The notes below the pieces were generated by a model. That model searched no databases and was not told the DNA's origin. It saw nothing but the letters and a program-made list of their open reading frames with translations. Shown piece by piece: positions 1-10,087 of a stretch of DNA of 64,000 nucleotides. Source of the DNA: a virus; the IMG/VR virus record IMGVR_UViG_3300047548_000772, positions 64,001 to 128,000 of that record; one strand, written 5' to 3'. A program made the translations under genes and the position numbers. Position 1 is the first letter of the stretch; the number at the start of each line of letters is the position of its first letter.

Positions 1-492
1 CATTTTGCACGTGAATGGAGAGACAACGGTAAACCTATACATCACTTAGTGGGCACTAACTCACGTATGAGCGAACTAGACTGTGCGCATATGATGGTTA
101 AGACTCGTTATATCGACCAATGGCAGTCGCGACGTAGAGCAATTGCAACATACTGGCTCGAACGACTAAGCAAACACCCTCAGATTAAAACACTAGTTGA
201 TTCAAAGAACTTGTCTACACACGCACTACACAAGTTTGTTATTCATGTAGACAATCGAGATCAACTTCGTAAGATGTTAGAAGTTCGTAAGATTGAAACT
301 AAAGTTCACTACGAACGCCCGCTACACGAAATGGGGATGTTTACACAATATCCAGGGCCTAACATGTTAAGCACAGCATCTTCATTGGCTCGTCGTGTGC
401 TGTCGTTACCTATATACCCTGAACTAACAGATCTTGAAGTAGAATATATTATCGATCAGGTAATAGATTGCGTTTCAGAAATGCATAACTAG
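1..492 (+). CDS. DegT/DnrJ/EryC1/StrS-family PLP aminotransferase, C-terminal part (5'-truncated by window edge)
   Basis: Frame is open from base 1 (HFAREWRDNGKPIHHLVGTNSRMSELDCA). Family motifs GTNSRMSE, HALHKFVI, GIETKVHY-like IETKVHYERPLH, and LSLPIYPELT. Confidence 0.85.
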   Translation, partial: HFAREWRDNGKPIHHLVGTNSRMSELDCAHMMVKTRYIDQWQSRRRAIATYWLERLSKHPQIKTLVDSKNLSTHALHKFVIHVDNRDQLRKMLEVRKIETKVHYERPLHEMGMFTQYPGPNMLSTASSLARRVLSLPIYPELTDLEVEYIIDQVIDCVSEMHN

Positions 493-2065
493 CAAGCCAG
501 TCCCACTCGTAACTTTTCTTTAGTTCATCAAAGTCGCCGTTGACTGTATCGTAGTATTCTACTGCATCAAGGGCGCCATAACGGCTCCAATCTTCGTTGA
601 CCACTGCTGACAAGGTGTTAGTTTCCTTGGTCCATTGCTTAATACGATACGCACTTTCCATATCGGGCAAGTTTGCTTTGAGTTTTAGTACTTCGCGGAA
701 AGCAGTACGCCAGGCAATCCAAGGTGTGTAGTTATAACGTGCAACACCAGACAAGATAGGTACAACTTCGTGAGCATCATCTAATGTAAAGTCTAGTCCC
801 TTACCAGGATTGTTTAATACTAGTTGTTTGTTATAGGCAATCATTGCTTGATGCCCATACTCTAATCCGTTAACAGGATTCTTAGCATGGAAGATATAAT
901 GCTTGGCTGCTTGTAGTCTATCGGGTTGCCAATCCCATGGAAAATCGATGTCAACTTCTAACTTGGCAAACACGGCAAAGAACCAATCAGTTTCGCTGGC
1001 AGCGGCAGCGGCTTTGTACGCGGCAGCACGACCATTAACTCCGTCGACTCGGTGTAATCGTAACGAACCATAGTAAGGTGCCACACGTGCTTGAAGCCAT
1101 TGCCAATGTTGTTCAGCACACGGTTCGCCGTTGCTGATAAACACAATGTCTAATAGACGTTCCGGCCAGTTAGCAATAGACTTGTCGATTACAGGATAAT
1201 CGTAGAGTTGTGTTTTTAAAAAGTTCTTTGCTTCCCGTGGAACAACAACGTTAGATGCACCCGGAGTAAGCGGCACAATCGCTTTGGTTTCTTGGCGCCA
1301 TAGATTAATCACAGGATCATAACCAATAGGATCATAACGTGCAAATTGTACTACAGGATCTCGAAAATCGTATTCCCATACTGCTGGTACTTGACTGTCG
1401 TGCTCGTGATGATACACAGGAATGGGTCGACGTTTTACTGAAATATCTTCTACAAAGTGAATAGTGTCAAACCACTCAAGCAACGCTAGGTTTTCTACTT
1501 TCTTTAAGAAACTCGGAACATGTACAAAAAACGTATCGCCAAACCTTTGATCTTGGCTTGGAAATACGTGTAACATATCTAACTGCCATTCACTAGGGTG
1601 CCATGTAAAGTCAAAATCTGTGTAATCACAAACGCTAGATACTACCCAAACATATTCTTCATTGACTTTGCTTAGTGCACGTTTTAGTGTGCCTAAGTAG
1701 TCGCTAATATAACGTGTAGAGTATTCGCAGTCAATGTTTAGTCCGTTGCCGTGATCAATACCAACTCGAGATATCTGACCCTTTCTAAGAACTATATCGT
1801 GATTACGATTAATATCGTTTACACCCGATTTAGGAATTAAGTAAGTGCCGCCGTTTTCTTGCCACTGACTAGGCCATACATGTGTTTGATCGGATTCCCA
1901 GGGCACAGGTTCCCAAAGCCAATCGAACCGAGAATAGTCATTCAGGCCATCAACGACCCATAAGTATCGAGTACGACTGAGTTCGCAGGCATGCTCTAAA
2001 CTATTAGCACGCTGTTCATGCGGAAATAGTCCAGTTGCATTATTTAGATAAAAAACGTCAAACAT
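449..2065 (-). CDS. Glycosyltransferase-like (GT-A) protein with three tandem related modules, 538 aa
   Basis: C-terminal module (DIVFISNGEP...RVDGVNGRAAAYKAAAAASETDWFFAV...AWRTAFRE) aligns by eye with 18155..19081. Two upstream modules repeat the WVV...DF.W.P..W...HV.PS pattern. Confidence 0.6.
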   Translation of the reverse strand: MFDVFYLNNATGLFPHEQRANSLEHACELSRTRYLWVVDGLNDYSRFDWLWEPVPWESDQTHVWPSQWQENGGTYLIPKSGVNDINRNHDIVLRKGQISRVGIDHGNGLNIDCEYSTRYISDYLGTLKRALSKVNEEYVWVVSSVCDYTDFDFTWHPSEWQLDMLHVFPSQDQRFGDTFFVHVPSFLKKVENLALLEWFDTIHFVEDISVKRRPIPVYHHEHDSQVPAVWEYDFRDPVVQFARYDPIGYDPVINLWRQETKAIVPLTPGASNVVVPREAKNFLKTQLYDYPVIDKSIANWPERLLDIVFISNGEPCAEQHWQWLQARVAPYYGSLRLHRVDGVNGRAAAYKAAAAASETDWFFAVFAKLEVDIDFPWDWQPDRLQAAKHYIFHAKNPVNGLEYGHQAMIAYNKQLVLNNPGKGLDFTLDDAHEVVPILSGVARYNYTPWIAWRTAFREVLKLKANLPDMESAYRIKQWTKETNTLSAVVNEDWSRYGALDAVEYYDTVNGDFDELKKSYEWDWLASYAFLKRNLLPDR

Positions 2066-3176
2066 GATTCGTATTGATGAAATATATAATAACGTATTTC
2101 TAGCAGCATTGCAAGATCAACGGAGAACCTCTATACATTGGTTTGATCCTTTTGGGTCAACTAGTTTTGACGATATCAAAAGCGAACCCAAAATTCAAAG
2201 TATTCCTTATACAGGCCCGAACAACACAACACTATATTGGGAAGTTGATCATCGAATACTATTCTGGGATCAAGAACCATTACACAGAGATCGTGCTGCA
2301 CAATGCCTTGATTCATTTTGTGCTGTTTACAACTCACACAATAAGTATCGAACATTAGTAACTTCAGAATATTGCAGCGAAGATGTTCAATGGGCACAAG
2401 ATACTTATGGGCTAAGACCTGCGTATTATTTCTTTCATGCCTGGGCATCATTAGATTGGTACCGCGGGTACAATCACAGTTATCTAATAGAACCATTTAA
2501 ATACCGTCAGCCTACATACACATTTTTGTGCCCGAATAATATTATCGGCGGTCGTCGCCGACATAGATTAGAATTGTTATCGGAATTAATTGATCGTGAA
2601 CTTGTGTACAACAACTTGGTTAGCTTTCCAGATCGTTGTCCTTATGAAAACAAATCGGTTACTGAACTATGTCAGGAATACGACATAGACATGGCCGCCG
2701 TCGACTTACCGTTAAAGATCGATCACGGTGCTAATTATCATTCAGGTAGCCATCAAATTGACATGTGGTCGTTGGCCAGTCAAAGTCTGTTGCACGTTGT
2801 CACTGAAACTGTGTATAATGGACGTAAGCAACATCTAACAGAAAAAACATTTAAACCTATTGTTATGCAACAGCCGTTTGTTTTAGTCAGTTGTCGAGGC
2901 AGTTTAGAATACTTACGCAGGTATGGATTTAAAACGTTCAATGATGTGTGGGACGAAAGCTATGACGACGCAAGCGACGAGTCGCGTATTTTAAAAATAG
3001 GTAAATTGTTGTCGGACATTCACAACTTGTCTTTAAAAGAAAAACAACAGTTACAAAAGCATCTAACACCAATTGTCGAACATAACTACAATTGGTTTTA
3101 CTCCAATGACTATCAAAGTTTATTGTGGGACGAATTAACAACTATGGTGAATCAATGGTTTTATCGTTTTGTGTAG
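2064..3176 (+). CDS. Putative GT-B glycosyltransferase (GT10-like 'TEK' motif family)
   Basis: HVVTETVYNGRKQHLTEKTFKPIVMQQPFVLV...GFKTF..WDESYD, reminiscent of the alpha-1,3-fucosyltransferase ITEK motif. Confidence 0.55.
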   Translation: MIRIDEIYNNVFLAALQDQRRTSIHWFDPFGSTSFDDIKSEPKIQSIPYTGPNNTTLYWEVDHRILFWDQEPLHRDRAAQCLDSFCAVYNSHNKYRTLVTSEYCSEDVQWAQDTYGLRPAYYFFHAWASLDWYRGYNHSYLIEPFKYRQPTYTFLCPNNIIGGRRRHRLELLSELIDRELVYNNLVSFPDRCPYENKSVTELCQEYDIDMAAVDLPLKIDHGANYHSGSHQIDMWSLASQSLLHVVTETVYNGRKQHLTEKTFKPIVMQQPFVLVSCRGSLEYLRRYGFKTFNDVWDESYDDASDESRILKIGKLLSDIHNLSLKEKQQLQKHLTPIVEHNYNWFYSNDYQSLLWDELTTMVNQWFYRFV

Positions 3177-4345
3177 ACAAACTTGTCGACGGCAAGCCTT
3201 ATCCAAATGCTGCTGTTTGGCAAGCACAACCTTATACACCCGAATGGCGTAAATTTAGTGTTAACTGGCCGTATTCAGAACCTGTGCACTTTTTTGAATA
3301 TTTAGATCGTTGTAGGATTCCTTATAAGATCGTACAGTGGACACAAGCCGACCGCAACACATTTTATCCTATAAGTTTAAGCTTCTTTGATTTTGGTATC
3401 GATTGGTTCGCAACCATACGCCCAGAGATCAAGGAAAAGCTACGTGCCGACGGCCTAACACTTTGGTTCTTTTACAGCGAGGGCGACAACCCCAAACGCA
3501 TATACGAACATTTGTTAAAGCAAGCAGAACAACACACAATCAAACCTGAACGCATACGTTTTACCAGTGCAAACTCAATGGCAGATTCACTGGAAAACTT
3601 TAGTTACTTTGTTGACGATGAATGTCTATACCAATTGCGCAACACAGACGCTCCGGTGGACTTTCATACACAACCGCGCGATAAGAAATTTACTATGTTG
3701 GTTCGTACACACAAGTGGTGGCGTGCTACAACCATGGCTAGATTTTGGTCGCAAGGCTTGCATAAACAAGGTTACTTTTCATATAACAACGCACTAGGCG
3801 TAGATGACCAAGAAAATGATAATCCAATTGAAATTGATAGCTTTGAAAATCTACGCAACAATACCTATGAATTCTTAAATCAATGCCCGTTTGTTGCAGA
3901 TAGCCTTAGTCCGGACCAGCACAACTTGTATGCTACCACGGTTGAAGAACACTTCGGTAACAGTTATCTTAACGTTATATTAGAAACACACTTGGACGTG
4001 GATCAAAGTAATGGCGTATTTTTAACAGAAAAAACTTTTAAACCAATCAAGCATTCGCAACCATTTATTATATTTGGCGCAGCAGGTAGCATTGCACAAC
4101 TTCGTGCAATGGGTTACCGAACATTCGACCACGTAATTAACCACAATTACGATAGTATTGCTGATAACACACAACGTTGGGATGCAGCATGCCGCGAATT
4201 TGAACACTTAATGACCTGCGACTTACATCAATTATATCTTGCTTGCGAAGGTGATCTTCGACACAACCAACAATTATTCTTAGCAAGCAAAGAAGCCCGC
4301 GTAAATAGTCTACTAGAGAGAATAACACATGCAACCATTAGTTAA
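3155..4345 (+). CDS. Putative GT-B glycosyltransferase (GT10-like 'TEK' motif family)
   Basis: NVILETH...FLTEKTFKPIKHSQPFIIFG. ATG at 3155 preferred over the GTG at 3125. Confidence 0.55.
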   Translation: MVLSFCVDKLVDGKPYPNAAVWQAQPYTPEWRKFSVNWPYSEPVHFFEYLDRCRIPYKIVQWTQADRNTFYPISLSFFDFGIDWFATIRPEIKEKLRADGLTLWFFYSEGDNPKRIYEHLLKQAEQHTIKPERIRFTSANSMADSLENFSYFVDDECLYQLRNTDAPVDFHTQPRDKKFTMLVRTHKWWRATTMARFWSQGLHKQGYFSYNNALGVDDQENDNPIEIDSFENLRNNTYEFLNQCPFVADSLSPDQHNLYATTVEEHFGNSYLNVILETHLDVDQSNGVFLTEKTFKPIKHSQPFIIFGAAGSIAQLRAMGYRTFDHVINHNYDSIADNTQRWDAACREFEHLMTCDLHQLYLACEGDLRHNQQLFLASKEARVNSLLERITHATIS

Positions 4346-5357
4346 TAGTTACACCAGCTGGCAACCACTTGAAGAAGTTATCGTAGGGCGAGCATACACG
4401 CCTGACTATTTTGATTTTATCGAAAATGCGCAAGTGCGTAACCAACTACAACAAATTCTAGCCGAAACTGATGAAGATTTAAACAATCTACAACGTATTA
4501 TTGAACAATACGGTGCTGTTGTTCGTCGTCCAGATTTACCAAACAAAGACTGGTTTATTGATTCGCAAATTAATTCAGACGGTGCACCGTTGCCTCCGCT
4601 TACTCCACGCGACTGGCAAATTAGTCTTGGACAAAAACTCCTGCGTGTGTTACCAATGACAGAGTTAAATGATATATGTAAACTCTACGGAGATCAAGTT
4701 ATTAACCCACACGGTGAAACATGGGATCCTAACTGTATCCTAAACGGTGCATCAGCAAGTTGTATCGTGCGTGTAGGACGTGACGTATTCTTTGATAACT
4801 CGGATCATTTAAAGCCAGAACAAACTCAATGGATAATCGAAAACTGCTTAGGACCGGAATATCGTGTGCATGAAGCAATCACCGATGGTCACGGCGATGC
4901 TGTATTTGCTATTCTAAAGCCAGGAGTTATTTTGAGCAGCAAGCACGATGTTAACTTAGATCTAGCCGGGGACTTTCCAGGGTGGGATGTATGTAAGATT
5001 TGGGATTCTAGCATTTGGGCTGCTATGGAAGTTGGTAAGTTCAAAGAAGAAAACTTCAACGGTTCCTGGTATGTACAGGGACAAACACCCACAGCAGAAT
5101 TTACAAACTTTGTAGATACTTACTTAAAGAACTGGGTAGGATTTGTATCAGAAACTGTGTTTGATGTTAATTGTTTAGTACTCGATGAAGAAAATGTAAT
5201 CTTCAGTGCTTACAACAAACAAGTATTTGATTTTTGCGCCAAGCACAAGATCAATCCTATTATTGCAGAACTGCGTCACAGTTACTTTTGGGATGGCGGC
5301 GTTAGTTGCTGTACCCAAGACATCCGACGCCGCGGCGGACTAGAGTCTTATCTCTAA
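4329..5357 (+). CDS. Amidinotransferase (glycine / inosamine-phosphate amidinotransferase family), copy 1
   Basis: VNSYTSWQPLEEVIVGRA N-terminus, PRD, GHGD, DVN, and C-terminal GGVSCCTQDIRR with the catalytic Cys position. Confidence 0.85.
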   Translation: MQPLVNSYTSWQPLEEVIVGRAYTPDYFDFIENAQVRNQLQQILAETDEDLNNLQRIIEQYGAVVRRPDLPNKDWFIDSQINSDGAPLPPLTPRDWQISLGQKLLRVLPMTELNDICKLYGDQVINPHGETWDPNCILNGASASCIVRVGRDVFFDNSDHLKPEQTQWIIENCLGPEYRVHEAITDGHGDAVFAILKPGVILSSKHDVNLDLAGDFPGWDVCKIWDSSIWAAMEVGKFKEENFNGSWYVQGQTPTAEFTNFVDTYLKNWVGFVSETVFDVNCLVLDEENVIFSAYNKQVFDFCAKHKINPIIAELRHSYFWDGGVSCCTQDIRRRGGLESYL

Positions 5358-6160
5358 CTGTTACTACGTTGTAGTAACTTTTCCCAGGTATCGTCAGGAC
5401 CCAACACTGGCAATGGCCAAGCATTTGGGGAATTTGGCGGGAAAGCAACAATACTAAAAATAGCGTCATTGCCAAATTGATTATCTGGGTTATTGTTAAA
5501 GTTTTGTGGGTTGTAATTGCGCACCACACACCAGCCCATTTGATAACCTAGTGCGTCGAGCATATTATACAGCTCAGGAATATTTTCGCTTTCTTGTGCT
5601 TCAAAGTAAATTACAGGCAAATACTTTTTAATAGTTTCTGCTGCACCTTGAAATACGCCCGGTTCGTGTCCTTCAACGTCAATTTTTATTAACCCTGGTG
5701 GCAAAATTTTACCCGCGGTGACCAACGAATCTATAGAATCCATTGCTACTTCAACACCCGTCTTGGTACCAACACGGGCCATACCATAGTTGCCAATTTG
5801 TGTTACATCAATTTCTTCTACTAAGATTTTTCCTGCAGCATTGCTTACTGCTAGATTAAACAATGTACAACGCGGCTCTTCTTGTAGGTTCATACGCAAC
5901 ATTTTATAGTGCTGCGGATTTGCTTCAAAACAATAAACATGCTTGCTACGACTTGCAAATGCACTAGCGTGATAACCTATGTTACTGCCAATGTCATAGA
6001 CCACAGTATCTTCACCAACTAACTGTAGTAGCATGTCTAATTCAACTTGTTGATATTCACCATACAAGCGCAAACTTGCACTGATAATATCGTCCCAACG
6101 ATAAACAATGAATCTATCTCGGTACCTTGTTCGTATTACATCTGTATAATCTAACTGCAT
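5354..6160 (-). CDS. FkbM-family SAM-dependent methyltransferase
   Basis: VYDIGSNIGYH, VYCFEANP, LIKIDVEGHE motifs. Confidence 0.9.
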   Translation of the reverse strand: MQLDYTDVIRTRYRDRFIVYRWDDIISASLRLYGEYQQVELDMLLQLVGEDTVVYDIGSNIGYHASAFASRSKHVYCFEANPQHYKMLRMNLQEEPRCTLFNLAVSNAAGKILVEEIDVTQIGNYGMARVGTKTGVEVAMDSIDSLVTAGKILPPGLIKIDVEGHEPGVFQGAAETIKKYLPVIYFEAQESENIPELYNMLDALGYQMGWCVVRNYNPQNFNNNPDNQFGNDAIFSIVAFPPNSPNAWPLPVLGPDDTWEKLLQRSNS

Positions 6161-7635
6161 ACTCGCACACCATATTTTTCTTCAAAGCGATCGGCATCGG
6201 CACGATCATCAACCATTGGTTCACCGCGGATATTTAGCGATGTGTTTAGTAACATCGGGCAACCTGTTTCTGCATACCACGCTTCTAAGAGTTGTCGGAT
6301 GCCTGATCCACAATCCTTTGGCACAGTTTGTACACGACTACTCCCGTCAACATGAACAATAGCAGGATATACGTCAGGATTCCTACAACGAGCGACTGTT
6401 TGCATATACCTGCTGTGATGCCAGCCATAAGGCATACTGAAGTAATCACTAACATACTCTTCCAGAATAACTGGCGCAAAGGGTCTAAACTTTTGTCTAC
6501 GTTTGATCTCATTTACTTGATCCTTGATTTCTGTACCACGAGGGTCTGCTAACAAACTACGATTGCCCAAAGCACGTGGACCGAATTCGGCGCGGCCGCT
6601 GGCAACACCTACAATCTTATTGATCTTTAATTCTTTAACTAGTTCGCCTACGGGATAAGGGCCTGTGATATCTGTGCCCAAGTAAGGATGTTCCCAATTT
6701 AACTTGCCACCGTGAGCTAAAGCTGCTGCGCCAAGACTTGACCCACAATCGCCTGGGTTAGGCATAATCCAGAAATTACTAAAGAACTTGCCCATGTGCG
6801 AGTTAGCCACACAATTAAGAGCAACGCCTCCCATATACACTACATTCATGCTACGAGTCATGTGCGATGCTCTAAGCATTACGCTATCGACCATTTGCTC
6901 AACAATCTTTTGTGCAGCATAAGCAAGTTCAACATCGCTAAACTGATCTAACCAATTATCAGGTACGCCAATATGGAAGTTCTCTTTAAATCGGCACTCG
7001 GTTATGCTGTCTACTACTAAGTCGTACATTGCACGATAAGCCTTATTGTCACCCCAAGCAGCCATGCCCATAGTAATGTATTCTTCGTCCATTGGACGCA
7101 ATCCTACACGCTTGGTTACTGCAGAGAAGAACATACCTATGCTGTGCGGGTACTTTTGACGCCATAGTAAATGATACTGTGCCCGACCCTTAGGATCATA
7201 ATAAGCATCGTAAATGCTGATTGTGTCGGATTCACCGATAGCATCAATAACAACTACCGCTGCTTCCGCAAATGGCGACGTTTGAAATCCTGCGGCTGCA
7301 TGGCTCTTGTGGTGGTCGCTTGATGAAATTTGTCGCGGGTTAAGAAAATAGTTGCCCAGTTGATCACGTAGGGCTCGCTTAGTCGTCCAGACGTCACTAA
7401 ATCCTTCACCAGATCTAAGCGATCGTAATTGTCTTCGCCACGGTGTTTCATAGTATGCTAAATGTCCTGTATAATAAGGTTCTACTGCATCTAAAATGCC
7501 TGCACACAAATTCGGATCGTTTTTCTTTTTACTAAAACGTTCCGAGTGCCCTGCAAATAGTATGTCGCCCTGCTGGTTAACAACGCTGATACCAGCGTCA
7601 TGAAATCCAGCCGAAATTCCGATTATGTTGCTCAT
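6151..7635 (-). CDS. Carbamoyltransferase, NodU/CmcH/TobZ family
   Basis: FHDAG, HHKSHAA, VIDAIGE, GGVALNCVAN, EFGPRALGNRSLLADP, KRRQKFRPFAP, HVDGSSRVQTV, LNTSLNIRGEP. Confidence 0.95.
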   Translation of the reverse strand: MSNIIGISAGFHDAGISVVNQQGDILFAGHSERFSKKKNDPNLCAGILDAVEPYYTGHLAYYETPWRRQLRSLRSGEGFSDVWTTKRALRDQLGNYFLNPRQISSSDHHKSHAAAGFQTSPFAEAAVVVIDAIGESDTISIYDAYYDPKGRAQYHLLWRQKYPHSIGMFFSAVTKRVGLRPMDEEYITMGMAAWGDNKAYRAMYDLVVDSITECRFKENFHIGVPDNWLDQFSDVELAYAAQKIVEQMVDSVMLRASHMTRSMNVVYMGGVALNCVANSHMGKFFSNFWIMPNPGDCGSSLGAAALAHGGKLNWEHPYLGTDITGPYPVGELVKELKINKIVGVASGRAEFGPRALGNRSLLADPRGTEIKDQVNEIKRRQKFRPFAPVILEEYVSDYFSMPYGWHHSRYMQTVARCRNPDVYPAIVHVDGSSRVQTVPKDCGSGIRQLLEAWYAETGCPMLLNTSLNIRGEPMVDDRADADRFEEKYGVRVCS

Positions 7636-7733
7636 TTGTAGATAAATGGATCGCGCTTGCGAAGTTCCTTTAGTTTACGACGATAGTTAATTTCTAACTT
7701 AATTTTGTAATATAAATTACGAATCCAACCCAT
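7632..7733 (-). CDS. 33-aa basic peptide MGWIRNLYYKIKLEINYRRKLKELRKRDPFIYK (absent from ORF track)
   Basis: Hand-translated. AAGGAG Shine-Dalgarno upstream, fills the gap between 7735 and 7635 exactly, and its TGA overlaps the carbamoyltransferase ATG (ATGA). Confidence 0.8.
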   Translation of the reverse strand: MGWIRNLYYKIKLEINYRRKLKELRKRDPFIYK

Positions 7734-7734
7734 T

Positions 7735-8820
7735 TTACTCTCCTTGAATTATGCTTACTTGACGTGCAATAAAATCTGCATCATTCCAATGATAATTGTA
7801 TGTTGCTGACGCTTGACTAGTCTTTACTGAATATACATCTAAATATCTACTTAGCGTATTCCAAATGACCCGGAAATCATTGGTACCAAATGTTCTAATC
7901 AAATCTACTTGCCCGATTTGTGGATGGCCGATTGTTAAACTCTTATCCTCTGGATCGAATCCATTGGCTGTTAACCAATTGCGAAAATCTTCTAACTTTT
8001 GTTGCTGCCACGCAAACTCTCCAGGATTGCGTCCCCATTCTATGTCAAAGTCGCCAGCGGCTTCTGTTTGACTGCGCAGCGTAGAGCTGACTAACTCACC
8101 CAATCGGCTGTCGCGACCTTCATCATTAAACACTTCCCAGTGGTGTTTGCCTACTGCTTTGTTAACTCCAACAAATACACCACCGAGATCGCGATTAATT
8201 GTGTTAATACCAAACAATTCGTAGTCCTCGGGTTCTAGTACAAACCTAGGAGCACGTAACCAACACATTAGTTGACTAGGGCGTACCCATTCTGGTGCTT
8301 CAATTTCTTTGCGATAACTTAGTGCCCAAGACTCAAACTCGTGACATAGCAAGTTTAATTGACGTATGTGCCAGCGTGTTTGCGGATCTGCTTGTGTATA
8401 ATAAGGACTAATGGCGCCGCTGACGCCTTGTAAATCTTCAAAGTAACGATGCAACCAATTAAACTTATCGTGTACTAAATTTCTACCAACAGTTCTATTA
8501 CCCACTGGATCGTCGGTAATGGTGTTGTCCATTGAAAAGTAGTCGTCGATTGTGTATCCCAAATTGGCTGAATTAATTGCAGCAATACTACGGTTAATTT
8601 GATCTAATATATAAGGACCATTGCGCCCGGACTCTACAAATCCAAAAAAGCAATAATTCTTTTCTAAATGATAATTGTTGACTAATAGATTATCTAGCGC
8701 AGCAAGCCATTTACGACTTAATGAATTATCCCAAATGTCTAAATGTACAGTAAAGAACTCGTTGTTTACAGAATCACGTAATTGGATTTCAACTTTATCT
8801 AAGATTTTGCCACCACTCAT
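7735..8820 (-). CDS. Hypothetical protein, 361 aa
   Basis: Long ORF in operon register. No family recognised; contains LHRYFE and LNLLCHEFE segments. Confidence 0.75.
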   Translation of the reverse strand: MSGGKILDKVEIQLRDSVNNEFFTVHLDIWDNSLSRKWLAALDNLLVNNYHLEKNYCFFGFVESGRNGPYILDQINRSIAAINSANLGYTIDDYFSMDNTITDDPVGNRTVGRNLVHDKFNWLHRYFEDLQGVSGAISPYYTQADPQTRWHIRQLNLLCHEFESWALSYRKEIEAPEWVRPSQLMCWLRAPRFVLEPEDYELFGINTINRDLGGVFVGVNKAVGKHHWEVFNDEGRDSRLGELVSSTLRSQTEAAGDFDIEWGRNPGEFAWQQQKLEDFRNWLTANGFDPEDKSLTIGHPQIGQVDLIRTFGTNDFRVIWNTLSRYLDVYSVKTSQASATYNYHWNDADFIARQVSIIQGE

Positions 8821-10087
8821 AAACTTCTGCGTCTTCCTTTAAGATGTCACTCATAGTATAATTATCTTCGCGGATACGCTCGATGTTAGAATTGCGTTCT
8901 TTGGCTGCTAGCAAAATAGGCTTATAAGTGTCAGGCCATTGTTCTTCAAACGTAGGACGGCTTTTTAATTGTACCAACACATCACGCATAGGACCACTGG
9001 TACAGTCTGTGATTAGCTTGTCTAAGATTCTATTTAATATTGGACGCGGTAAAGCCAATGGGCTCATAATAACTTCTGGACTAAAACTAAACACAACTTT
9101 GGGCAGAATATCAACATTTAATTCTTCAGCTAATTTTTGTATATTGTTGACTTCAAACAAGCCAGGTAACGTTAGCGTAAAATCAAGTCGCATTTGGCGG
9201 CGGTGACGCTGGTGTGCTACACCTTGCTTAAAGTTTTCCAACCATTCAGCATAGTTTAATCCTGTGCGTATGTATTCGCCGATGCGCCCGGTGCCGTCAA
9301 TTGACGCACATATTTGCCAATCGCGTAAATGATCTAATACATCGCGGAATAAATTAATACCACGATAATCAACGCGACTTAAATTGGTATTGTAACGAGC
9401 ATATACACGATATCCATCGCCTAATTCAACAATGCGCTGCATATAACGCCAGTGTTGTTCAAACATCAATGGTTCGCCGCCGACCCAATATACTTCTTCT
9501 ACTCGATGTTCTTCTACTGCTTGAGCAAACTCTGCTTCAATTTGTGTGTCTTGAAATGCAGTAATTTGTTGTTTGATTTCAGGACGCATCCAGTTGTTTT
9601 TAGGGTCAGACCAGTCAACAGAATTGTGCTGGCGTTCTTCGGATTCCCACGAACTAGATAGCATATCGCCGCACATGCGACATTTAAAGTTACATAAGTT
9701 AGAGAAGCGATAATCCCACGACACAGGTTTAGCTGACGTATATCCTGTGTTATCTGTGGCAGCCATTAAATCATCATATTTGTGTTTAAACAAATGCCAA
9801 AAGTAACTACGGTAAACGTCAGTGTTTAACAACTTACTATTACATACATCACATTCGGGCAAGGTTTCGCCAGCCATCATACGGCGGCGCACTGACTTCA
9901 TGTGCTCAGAATTCCAATGTTCATCTAGTGTTATAGGTATGTATTTGCCTGTGCCCGCGGATGTGTCAATATACTGACGAAAGTTTTGTGCTGGTTCTCG
10001 TGATGCACAGCACATTCTGCGCTCTGTTTGCGGCGACAAATATGTGTGAGTCCACGGTGCTAGACAAAGCGTATCAGGTTTTGACAT
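8795..10087 (-). CDS. Radical SAM enzyme with N-terminal twitch/SPASM-like domain
   Basis: CLAPW...MCC and CDVC at the N-terminus; core motif SNLCNFKCRMCG; GGEPLM; YNTN. Confidence 0.9.
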   Translation of the reverse strand: MSKPDTLCLAPWTHTYLSPQTERRMCCASREPAQNFRQYIDTSAGTGKYIPITLDEHWNSEHMKSVRRRMMAGETLPECDVCNSKLLNTDVYRSYFWHLFKHKYDDLMAATDNTGYTSAKPVSWDYRFSNLCNFKCRMCGDMLSSSWESEERQHNSVDWSDPKNNWMRPEIKQQITAFQDTQIEAEFAQAVEEHRVEEVYWVGGEPLMFEQHWRYMQRIVELGDGYRVYARYNTNLSRVDYRGINLFRDVLDHLRDWQICASIDGTGRIGEYIRTGLNYAEWLENFKQGVAHQRHRRQMRLDFTLTLPGLFEVNNIQKLAEELNVDILPKVVFSFSPEVIMSPLALPRPILNRILDKLITDCTSGPMRDVLVQLKSRPTFEEQWPDTYKPILLAAKERNSNIERIREDNYTMSDILKEDAEVYEWWQNLR

